NCBI GenBank assembly: GCA_964456505.1
Contig: CAYWAH010000003.1
Span: 1 to 58,097, forward strand
Source of the DNA: an uncultured Clostridium sp.
GTDB taxonomy: Bacteria; Bacillota; Clostridia; TANB77; CAG-508
Length of the DNA: 58,097 bases
Direction of reading: 5' to 3'
The notes beneath the pieces were generated by a model. The model was not told the origin of the DNA, searched no databases, and was given only the letters and a program-made list of their open reading frames with translations. Positions 1-7,908 of this stretch are shown in pieces. The translations under genes were made by a program, and so were the position numbers. The first letter of the stretch is position 1; every line of letters starts with the position of its first letter.

Positions 1-301
1 CATATTTAGAGATAATATTTTCAGATAATAAAGCTTTTATTATTACTTCAATTTCCAATGTATATTTTAAAAATATATATCTAATATTTTTATCGAAAGA
101 ATATAATGCAAATATTTCATCAAAAGTAACGTTTTTCTTATAATTACCATTTGCATCTTTAAAAACATCTTTATAAGTATTAACAATTGAATAGTAAGAA
201 TATTTCTTAATTTTTTCTAAGGCTTCTTCCTCGTTTGAAATAATTACGCCTTTATCTCTAAGTAGTGTTATCAATTCTTTTAATGTTTTTGGTTCTTTTA
301 A
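1..301 (-). CDS. Abi family (Abi_2/AbiD/AbiF-like) abortive-infection protein, N-terminal part; runs off the left edge
   Basis: Not in the ORF track. Manual minus-strand translation is open to base 1: LKEPKTLKELITLLRDKGVIISNEEEALEKIKKYSYYSIVNTYKDVFKDANGNYKKNVTFDEIFALYSFDKNIRYIFLKYTLEIEVIIKALLSENIISKY. This fits the Abi_2 N-terminal pattern (K.KT..E.I.LL..KG..I...E.A...L....YY...Y...F......F.EI..LY.FD..LR..L...LE.IE). GGAGG at 311-307 but no in-frame ATG/GTG/TTG; best-spaced codon is TTA at 301-299. Confidence 0.75.
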
Positions 302-325
302 TACAACCTCCCATATATTAAAACG

Positions 326-352
326 ACCTAGGGCTTCGAAAGTTTCCTAGGT
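326..352 (-). ncRNA. Hairpin in the Abi leader (candidate cis-encoded RNA element)
   Basis: Minus-strand ACCTAGG-AAACTTTCGAAGC-CCTAGGT: 7-bp outer stem plus inner pairing, between promoter and RBS. Confidence 0.4.
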
Positions 353-366
353 AGTAATCATTTATT

Positions 367-395
367 ATAATACAATATATACATGCTTTTGTCAA
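367..395 (-). promoter_or_regulatory. sigma70/sigmaA promoter for the Abi gene
   Basis: Minus strand TTGACA (395-390), 17 bp, TATTAT (372-367). Confidence 0.6.
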
Positions 396-422
396 GGTAG
401 ATATAGAAAATTTAATTAAAAT

Positions 423-469
423 ATTCTATTCCCAAAAAGCAAAAAAAACTTGACTTTTGGGAATAGAAT
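423..469. repeat. 15-bp perfect inverted repeat
   Basis: ATTCTATTCCCAAAA (423-437) and TTTTGGGAATAGAAT (455-469), 17-bp spacer. Confidence 0.7.
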
Positions 470-681
470 GTTATTTTTTAAATCTTTAAATGTATTGTAA
501 TACCAAATTATCAAGCTTAATAAAATGACTTAATTTTATAATATGCATGATATCACATGTATATTAATGGAATAATAATGTAAAAATTAAAAGTTCAAAA
601 CAATAATTGTAATATACCAAGAAAAATGTTATAATAGAACCATATAAATATAGAGTTATATTAAATATTGGGAGAAATTCT

Positions 682-1452
682 ATGGATGATAATACAGAAA
701 ATGTTCGAGAAGATGATAGTTACATTTTAGATGGAATAAACAATAATACTTATAATTTATTTTTTGGAGACGACGAAAATCTACCAGAAGAACGTTGGGG
801 AGACCTTCAAAAATATATGGCTTGGCGTACAATAAGTCATTTTACTATGTTCACTGATGATATATCAATGGAAGAAATTCAATCTATGAGTGATGAAAAA
901 TTATTACTTAATTATAAATTCATAACTAAGAAAGATGACATAACTTATAAGTATGATGATGGCACTCAAATGTATGAATTTATTAAGATGTCTGACTATT
1001 ATTTAAGCGATAATTTAAAGAAAGAACTTCAATCGGAAGAAAGATATGGGAAATGTGGAAAAGCGGTTGATATATGTGATGTCACTAAAAACAGCAATGT
1101 GATTTTTGGATATTATACTGCAGGGCCTCAAAAAATTTCACATTTTATTATAGAATATGCAGGTGGTAAAAATTTATATGTTGGTGACTATACTATGAAT
1201 GCAATTATGCCAAAGAAACAATATTATGAGTTGACTGCATTTGAAGAACAAGGAAAAGTTTCACATGATGATTTGATTAATGATTACAAAACTAGAACGC
1301 CTCCATATTTGAGCGACAAAGTTTATGTTGCTTTTAGAAATGAGATAATGAACGAAATTAAAAGCAAACCAAATATTTTTGGAAAAAGTGAAAGCGGCAC
1401 AAAACTTTATGAAAAATTAAAGAAACTATCAGAAGAAAAAGAGATAGAATAA
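682..1452 (+). CDS. Hypothetical protein, 256 aa
   Basis: Long ORF with GGGAGA RBS; no family recognised. Confidence 0.75.
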   Translation: MDDNTENVREDDSYILDGINNNTYNLFFGDDENLPEERWGDLQKYMAWRTISHFTMFTDDISMEEIQSMSDEKLLLNYKFITKKDDITYKYDDGTQMYEFIKMSDYYLSDNLKKELQSEERYGKCGKAVDICDVTKNSNVIFGYYTAGPQKISHFIIEYAGGKNLYVGDYTMNAIMPKKQYYELTAFEEQGKVSHDDLINDYKTRTPPYLSDKVYVAFRNEIMNEIKSKPNIFGKSESGTKLYEKLKKLSEEKEIE

Positions 1453-1484
1453 AAATAATTTTTTTTAAGAGAAGATATTAGATT

Positions 1485-1949
1485 ATGGAAATTTATAATA
1501 TAAAAGATAAAATGGAATATCTTAAAGAAGTTTGTGAGCTTACAGAAAGAGAATGGGGCAAATATAATAGCGAAGAAGAGTTCAATGAAAAAGTTAATAA
1601 AAAAATTGAAAAGGTTAAAAAACTAATTAATGCAAATGATTATTGCAAATTGATATTACTTGATAAAAACAAGTTGGTTGGATTTATTTCAATCTTTCCA
1701 AATGATTGTACAGAAAAAGAAAAATTAAAACCTTGGTACTCAACTATGTATGTAAAAAAAGAATATAGAGGAAAAGGATATTCAAAGTTACTTAATACAG
1801 CCATTCTAAAAAAGGCAAAAGAAATGCAATACTCAAAAATTTATTTAAAAACCAATCTTAATAATTATTATGAAAAGTTTGGCGCAATATATATGGAAAC
1901 ATTAAAAAGTGGAGAAAAGTTATACTATATCCCACTTAAAGAAAAATAA
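1485..1949 (+). CDS. GNAT family N-acetyltransferase
   Basis: Acetyl-CoA motif A 'MYVKKEYRGKGYSKLL', plus 'YYEKFG'. Confidence 0.9.
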   Translation: MEIYNIKDKMEYLKEVCELTEREWGKYNSEEEFNEKVNKKIEKVKKLINANDYCKLILLDKNKLVGFISIFPNDCTEKEKLKPWYSTMYVKKEYRGKGYSKLLNTAILKKAKEMQYSKIYLKTNLNNYYEKFGAIYMETLKSGEKLYYIPLKEK

Positions 1950-1966
1950 AAAAATTGGAGATAATT

Positions 1967-2545
1967 ATGATTTATATTGTTAGACATGGGCAAACTGATT
2001 GGAACGTAAAACATATTACTCAAGGACAAACAGACACAAAACTAAATTCAAATGGAATCAAACAAGCAAAGGAAGTTTCTGAAAAAATATCGAATTTGAA
2101 AATTGATAGAATTATTTCTTCAGATTTAGCAAGAACATATATGACTGCCCAAATTATAAATGAAAAATTTAACAAAGTAATCGAAAAAGATAAGAGATTA
2201 AGAGAATTTAATTATGGTAAATTGGAAGGAATTTCAAGAGATGAAATAACACAAGAAATGTGGGAAAAATTTAATGAAAATCCTAAAAAATTTAATGCAG
2301 AAACTCCTCACGAGATATTTGATAGAATAAAAAGTTTTATTGATGAATTAAAAGATGAAAATCTAAATACAAATTTTTTAATTGTTACACATGGTGGACC
2401 AATAAGAATGATTGATTACTATTTAAACAATGGAAATAATTTTGATAGCAAGCAGTTTTTAGAAATCTATGCAGATAAGAAAATAAATAATCTTGAACTT
2501 TTTACAATTAATGAAAAAATGAAATTTGAAAAGTATGCTTTGTAA
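1967..2545 (+). CDS. Histidine phosphatase (phosphoglycerate mutase family)
   Basis: 'IVRHGQTDWN', 'SSDLARTYMTA', 'LREFNYG', 'VTHGG'. Start placed at ATG 1967 after GGAG. Confidence 0.9.
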   Translation: MIYIVRHGQTDWNVKHITQGQTDTKLNSNGIKQAKEVSEKISNLKIDRIISSDLARTYMTAQIINEKFNKVIEKDKRLREFNYGKLEGISRDEITQEMWEKFNENPKKFNAETPHEIFDRIKSFIDELKDENLNTNFLIVTHGGPIRMIDYYLNNGNNFDSKQFLEIYADKKINNLELFTINEKMKFEKYAL

Positions 2546-2577
2546 AACCAAAAAATTGCAAAAAATGGAAAAAGTTA

Positions 2578-2606
2578 TTGACAAATGGTATAAAAAATAG
2601 TATTAT
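2578..2606 (+). promoter_or_regulatory. sigmaA promoter of the toxIN locus
   Basis: TTGACA (2578-2583), 17 bp, TATTAT (2601-2606). Confidence 0.7.
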
Positions 2607-2648
2607 AAATATAATAGAAATAGATATTTAATATCTATTTACAGCAAA

Positions 2649-2688
2649 AAATCAGGTGAACCCTACCAATAAGTGGGAGCTGTAAAAT
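2649..2688 (+). ncRNA. toxI: ToxI-like type III antitoxin RNA (pseudoknot monomer)
   Basis: AATCAGGTGAACCCTACCAATAAGTGGGAGCTGTAAAA resembles the ToxI monomer (CAGGTG..TACC..TAAGT..AGCT); stem 1 GGT/ACC, stem 2 CCC/GGG. Lies between promoter and terminator directly upstream of the toxN-like gene. Confidence 0.8.
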
Positions 2689-2690
2689 CT

Positions 2691-2730
2691 AAGAGGTAAA
2701 GATCTAGATCTTTACCTCTTTATATATTTT
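2691..2730 (+). terminator. Terminator between antitoxin RNA and toxin gene
   Basis: Perfect 30-bp palindrome AAGAGGTAAAGATCTAGATCTTTACCTCTT followed by a T-rich tract; standard type III TA layout. Confidence 0.75.
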
Positions 2731-2741
2731 AGGAGGAAATA

Positions 2742-3284
2742 TTGAAGCTTTATTCAGTAAATGACAATTACATAAATTATTTAAGAAAGTTTGATAATAA
2801 GGTATATGATAATAAAGAAAATAATAGAAAAGTTATGAGAAAGTATTTAGGAATAGTTTTGAAAATAAATAAACTAAATTATTATATCCCAATGTCATCT
2901 CCTAAAAAAAGTGATTATTATAGTGATAATACAATTAGAAAATCTATTATTCCTATAATAAGGGTTATATCATATGAAGAAGTTAGCAATATACCAGTAT
3001 TAAAAGGCACATTAAGAATTAGTAATATGATTCCTGTACCAGATAGTGAACTAATTTTATATGAACCTAAATATGAAAAGAACAAAAATTATAAAATATT
3101 GGTAGAAAAAGAACTTGAATTTATTGATAAAAATGAGCAATTGATAAAGAAATATGCAAATATAATATATAATCAAAAAATTAAAAAATATAATGTTACA
3201 TATATAAAAAATGTTGTTGACTTTAAACTTTTAGAAGAAAAATGCAGAGAATATAAACATTTTTATAAAAGAAATAATCTATAG
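2742..3284 (+). CDS. toxN: Type III toxin-antitoxin endoribonuclease toxin, ToxN/AbiQ family
   Basis: 'KLYSVNDNYINYLRKFDNKV', 'RKYLGIVL', 'YYIPMSSPK', 'LRISNMIPVP', 'DFKLLEEKC'; TTG start after AGGAGG; upstream ToxI-like RNA and terminator. Confidence 0.9.
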   Translation: MKLYSVNDNYINYLRKFDNKVYDNKENNRKVMRKYLGIVLKINKLNYYIPMSSPKKSDYYSDNTIRKSIIPIIRVISYEEVSNIPVLKGTLRISNMIPVPDSELILYEPKYEKNKNYKILVEKELEFIDKNEQLIKKYANIIYNQKIKKYNVTYIKNVVDFKLLEEKCREYKHFYKRNNL

Positions 3285-3294
3285 TAGGAGGATT

Positions 3295-4361
3295 TTGCTT
3301 ATGTCTTCTGTAACACAAAGAATTAAAGAAATTAAACAACCATATGGTGGATATTTAAAACCATCAGAATTTGAAAGAATAGAACTCACAGATGAAATTA
3401 AACTTAATGATAATGAAAATATTAATGCTGGATTGGTTGGCTTGGCTGTTGATTATTTAACAAGATATCAAATGGGTACTGATTTAGAAGAAGCATTTAA
3501 ATTTTCTTTGATGGGAGCAAAAATTATTAATGAGTTGCCATATGCAGAAAAGCTACTAAATAATATAAAAGGATTAGATAATAATTCAATTAGCAATGCA
3601 TGCAAACTAGTTGGTTATGATGTATGTTATAGAAGTAATCCACTAGCTTATAGACCTGTAAATGATATAAATCCTGATGAAGACACAATTAAAAATATTA
3701 AGATAATGGTCAATAGAGGAATAAGATTTTTAAAGAATATGGGCCGGTTATTAAGGATGGCTTTACATTTGAAGGTGGATACACCAATACAATAAATACT
3801 GGGGACGGAGACTTTTTAACAAATGATACACTATGGGATTTTAAGGTTAGTGTTAATAAGCCTACAGCATCAAATACTTTACAATTGTTAATTTATTACA
3901 TTATGGGGAAACATTCTATACATAATGAGTTTGATAATATTAAATATATTGCAATTTTTAATCCAAGATTAAATTGCATATATAGGAAGGCAATTAAAGA
4001 TATTCCAAATGAAACAATAAAAGAAGTTGAAAGAAATGTAATAGGATATTATAACTTTAAAAGTGATTATAATTATAATACCAGTAATTTAGGCAACCAA
4101 GGAATTTTATATATGCCAGAAATAATGAGATATTTAAATTGCTCAAGACATATGGTTATGAAATATTATACACAAGATGGGTTACCTTTATTTAAAGAAA
4201 AAAATAGATATTGCATTTGCATTCAAGACCTTTTTCAATGGAAAGAGAAAAAGAAAGAAAAAGATAGAAAAAATCAAATATTTGCATTTTCTATATCAAT
4301 AGCTTTTTGTGCTATCGCCATAATTCTTATTGCCTTTATCTTTGAGAAGACTAAAATATAA
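3295..4361 (+). pseudogene. Frameshifted PD-(D/E)XK-like nuclease with C-terminal HTH-like segment and TM helix (ORFs 3295-3795 and 3885-4361 are one gene)
   Basis: Switching to the -1 frame at the T-run near 3727-3731 continues the protein as FKEYGPVIKDGFTFEGGYTNTINTGDGDFLTNDTLWDFKVSVNKPTASNTLQLLIYY (nuclease-type 'DGDFL..WDFK..LQL..Y') into the 3885 ORF. The C-terminus has 'MPEIMRYLNCSRHMVMKYY..GLP' (HTH-like) and a hydrophobic helix. Confidence 0.65.
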
Positions 4362-4437
4362 AGTAATTAATTACAAATTGCTAATAAATTTTTTTATTAA
4401 TTATTTTTAGATAATCCTAAAAAATATTCAAAAAGGC

Positions 4438-4465
4438 TTGATTTATTTTACTTATGTGATATAAT
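4438..4465 (+). promoter_or_regulatory. sigmaA promoter of tig
   Basis: TTGATT (4438-4443), 16 bp, extended -10 TGATATAAT. Confidence 0.6.
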
Positions 4466-4505
4466 ATAAAGGCTTTTTAGCATATATATGAGGAGTGAAA
4501 GAAAA

Positions 4506-5792
4506 ATGAGTTTGAAAAAAGAAACAACAAAAAACAAGAATGAATTAAAATTAACAATTACTGTAGAAGCAGCTAAATTTGATGAAGCCATTATGAATGT
4601 ATTCAAAAAGAGTGCTAAATATTTTAATATTCCTGGATTCAGAAAAGGAAAAGCACCATTTAAAATAGTTGAAAAATATTATGGAGACAGCATTTTCTAT
4701 GAAGATGCATTCAATGATTTAGTTCCATCAGTTTATGATGAAGAAATAAAAAAGAACAATATTGAGGCAGTATCTAGACCACAAATAGATGTAGTTCAAA
4801 TGGAAAAAGGCAAGGACCTAATTTTTACAGCAATAGTAAATACAAAGCCAGAAGTTGAACTAGGAAAATATAAAGGTGTTAGCATAAAGAAAATTGAATA
4901 TCCTGTAACAGATAAAGATGTTGATGATGAAGTAAATCATGCCGCTGAACATAATGCTAGAATGGTTACAATTGAAGATCGTCCAGTTAAAAAAGATGAT
5001 TCTGTTAACATTGATTTCAAAGGATATGTTGATGGCAAAACTTTTGATGGTGGAGAAGCTGAGGGACAACAATTAGTAATTGGAAGTAATACATTTATTC
5101 CTGGATTTGAAGACCAAATAATTGGAATGAAATTAAATGAAGAAAAAGATATTAAAGTAACTTTCCCTAAAGACTATTTCACAAAAGAATTAGCAGGAAA
5201 AGATGCTACATTCCATGTAAAATTGAATTCAATTTCAGAAAAACAATTGCCTAAAATAGATGATGAATTTGCTAAAGATGTTAGTGAATTTGATACATTG
5301 GCTGATTATAAGAAAGACATAAAAGAAAAGAAAACTAAATATAACAATGATCAAGCCAAGAATGAAATGGAAGACGCTGCATTAGAGGCAGTTTGCAAAG
5401 ATATGAAGGTTGATATTCCAGCAGGAATGATTGAACTTGAAATAGACAATATGGAAGAAAACATTGCTCAAAGACTTGAAATGCAAGGACTTAAATATGA
5501 ACAATATTTGAAACTAACAGGCAAAACTCAAAAAGAAGTTAGAGATGAGTTCAAACCAGATGCTGAAAAGAATATAAAAACTAGATTAGCTTTGGAAGCA
5601 ATTGTTAAACAAGAAAAAATCAAACCAGATGAAAAATATGTAAATGATAAGATCAAAGAAATGTGCGAACAATATGGAAGAAAAGAAGAAGAATTGAAGA
5701 AGAACGAGAGTGTTATCAAATACTTGGAACAATCTTCTCAAAATGAACAAGCAGTTAAATTAATTATGGATAATGTTAAATATACTAAATAG
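4506..5792 (+). CDS. tig: Trigger factor
   Basis: 'IPGFRKGKAP' ribosome-binding motif; FKBP domain 'FIPGFEDQIIGMK'. Confidence 0.98.
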   Translation: MSLKKETTKNKNELKLTITVEAAKFDEAIMNVFKKSAKYFNIPGFRKGKAPFKIVEKYYGDSIFYEDAFNDLVPSVYDEEIKKNNIEAVSRPQIDVVQMEKGKDLIFTAIVNTKPEVELGKYKGVSIKKIEYPVTDKDVDDEVNHAAEHNARMVTIEDRPVKKDDSVNIDFKGYVDGKTFDGGEAEGQQLVIGSNTFIPGFEDQIIGMKLNEEKDIKVTFPKDYFTKELAGKDATFHVKLNSISEKQLPKIDDEFAKDVSEFDTLADYKKDIKEKKTKYNNDQAKNEMEDAALEAVCKDMKVDIPAGMIELEIDNMEENIAQRLEMQGLKYEQYLKLTGKTQKEVRDEFKPDAEKNIKTRLALEAIVKQEKIKPDEKYVNDKIKEMCEQYGRKEEELKKNESVIKYLEQSSQNEQAVKLIMDNVKYTK

Positions 5793-5798
5793 TTTTTG

Positions 5799-5829
5799 AA
5801 AAAAGTTTGGTTTTTACCAAACTTTTTTT
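5799..5829 (+). terminator. Intrinsic terminator
   Basis: AAAAAAGTTTGG-TTTTTA-CCAAACTTTTTTT. Confidence 0.75.
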
Positions 5830-5938
5830 GACTAATATATTTAATATGTTCTAAATGTGAAATTTAATTGAAAAGGTTGATAAAATTTTATAAAAACTAT
5901 ATAATAAGAAAAGTTAAAAAAGAAAGGACGTTATAAAC

Positions 5939-6553
5939 ATGAAAGATTTAAATGATAGTTTAGTACCTTATGTAATTGAACAAACATCAAGAGGAGAAAG
6001 ATCATATGATATTTTCTCAAGATTATTAAAAGATAGAATTATATTTTTAAGTGAGGATGTAAATGCTACAACAGCAAGTTTGACAATTGCTCAATTGTTA
6101 TTCCTTGAATCAGAAGATCCAGAAAAGGAAATTTCTTTTTACATAAATTCACCTGGAGGATCTGTTACAGATGGACTTGGTATAATTGATACTATGAATT
6201 ATATTAAATGCCCTGTTACAACAATCTGCGTTGGCATGGCTGCTAGTATGGGTGCATTACTTTTGACTTCTGGAACAAAGGGTAAGAGATTTGCTTTACC
6301 TAATTCTGAGATTTTGATTCATCAACCATTGATTGGTGGACAAGGTGGCGGAATCTCTGGTCAAACAACAGAAATTAAAATTCAAGCTGATCAAATGGTT
6401 AAAACAAGAGATAGAATCAACAAGATAATTAGTTCTACTACTGGAAAACCAATTGACCAAGTTGAAAGAGACACAGAAAGAGATCATTATATGACTGCTC
6501 AAGAGGCTCTTGAATATGGATTGATTGATGGAATTATGGATAAAAGAAAATAG
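5939..6553 (+). CDS. clpP: ATP-dependent Clp protease proteolytic subunit
   Basis: '[18 protein letters not shown]', 'YINSPGGSV', 'GMAASMG', 'IHQPL'. Confidence 0.98.
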   Translation: MKDLNDSLVPYVIEQTSRGERSYDIFSRLLKDRIIFLSEDVNATTASLTIAQLLFLESEDPEKEISFYINSPGGSVTDGLGIIDTMNYIKCPVTTICVGMAASMGALLLTSGTKGKRFALPNSEILIHQPLIGGQGGGISGQTTEIKIQADQMVKTRDRINKIISSTTGKPIDQVERDTERDHYMTAQEALEYGLIDGIMDKRK

Positions 6554-6568
6554 TTTTAGGAGAGTTTG

Positions 6569-7882
6569 ATGGCAAAAAAAATTGATGAAATTGTTAAATG
6601 TTCTTTTTGTGGCAAGTCACAAAAGGATGTAAAAAAAATAATTGAAGGACCTAGAGGTGTATACATTTGTGATGAATGTATTCAAGCATGTGAAAGCATA
6701 TTGGCTACAGATGAATTAGAAAATTATGAGCCTAAATATACTTTGAATAATGAAATTAATTTACCTACTCCAGAAAAAATTAAGCAGGAGCTAGATGAGT
6801 ATGTAATTGGACAAGATGATGCAAAGAAAACTCTTTCTGTTGCAGTATATAACCATTACAAAAGAATTAACAACGAGGTTGAATTTGATAATGATGATGT
6901 TGAAATTCAAAAGAGTAATGTTTTACTTCTTGGACCAACTGGCTCAGGAAAAACATATTTAGCACAAACACTTGCTAAAATACTTGAGGTTCCTTTTGCA
7001 ATTGCTGATGCTACCACATTAACTGAAGCAGGATATGTTGGAGAGGATGTAGAAAACATTCTTTTAAAACTTATTCAAGCTGCAGATTATGATATAGAAA
7101 AGGCTGAAAGAGGAATAATTTATATTGATGAAATCGATAAGATTTCAAGAAAATCTGAAAATCCATCAATAACAAGAGATGTAAGTGGAGAGGGAGTTCA
7201 ACAAGCATTATTGAAAATTGTTGAAGGAACAGTTGCGTCTGTTCCACCACAGGGAGGTAGAAAACATCCTCGCCAAGAGCTAATTCAAATAGACACATCA
7301 AATATTTTGTTTATTTGTGGTGGTGCTTTTGAAGGAATCGAAAAAATAATTGAAGAGAGAATTGGCAAAAAAGTAATTGGCTTTGGTGCTGAAACACAAG
7401 ATGCTAAAACAATGAGCAAAGACAAAATAATGGAACATTTACAATCAGAAGATTTGCTTAAGTTTGGAATTATTCCTGAATTTGTTGGAAGACTTCCAAT
7501 CGTTACAACACTTCATCAATTAGATAGAAAAGCACTTATTGACATTATGACAAAACCAAGAAATGCCTTGACAAAACAATACAAAAAATTGCTTGCGATT
7601 GATGGCGTTGAACTTGAATTTGAAAATGATGCTTTGGAAGCAATTGTCGACAAAGCCATTAAGAGAAAAACAGGTGCGAGAGGGTTGCGTTCAATAATGG
7701 AAGAAACAATGAGAGATATTATGTATGAAATACCTTCAAATCCAAAGATTGTAAAATGCATAATAACTAAAGAAACTGTTGAAAACAAAGCAAATCCTAA
7801 ATTGGTATTAGATGAATCGAGAGAATCTAATAAAGTAAAAAAATCAGATAATATGAAAAAAGACGAAGAAGAAAGCGCATAG
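6569..7882 (+). CDS. clpX: ATP-dependent Clp protease ATP-binding subunit ClpX
   Basis: Zn finger 'CSFCGK..ICDEC', Walker A 'GPTGSGKT', 'IDEIDKI', 'TGARGLR'. Confidence 0.98.
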   Translation: MAKKIDEIVKCSFCGKSQKDVKKIIEGPRGVYICDECIQACESILATDELENYEPKYTLNNEINLPTPEKIKQELDEYVIGQDDAKKTLSVAVYNHYKRINNEVEFDNDDVEIQKSNVLLLGPTGSGKTYLAQTLAKILEVPFAIADATTLTEAGYVGEDVENILLKLIQAADYDIEKAERGIIYIDEIDKISRKSENPSITRDVSGEGVQQALLKIVEGTVASVPPQGGRKHPRQELIQIDTSNILFICGGAFEGIEKIIEERIGKKVIGFGAETQDAKTMSKDKIMEHLQSEDLLKFGIIPEFVGRLPIVTTLHQLDRKALIDIMTKPRNALTKQYKKLLAIDGVELEFENDALEAIVDKAIKRKTGARGLRSIMEETMRDIMYEIPSNPKIVKCIITKETVENKANPKLVLDESRESNKVKKSDNMKKDEEESA

Positions 7883-7908
7883 AATTTAAATAATTAAAGG
7901 AGTTTTAA

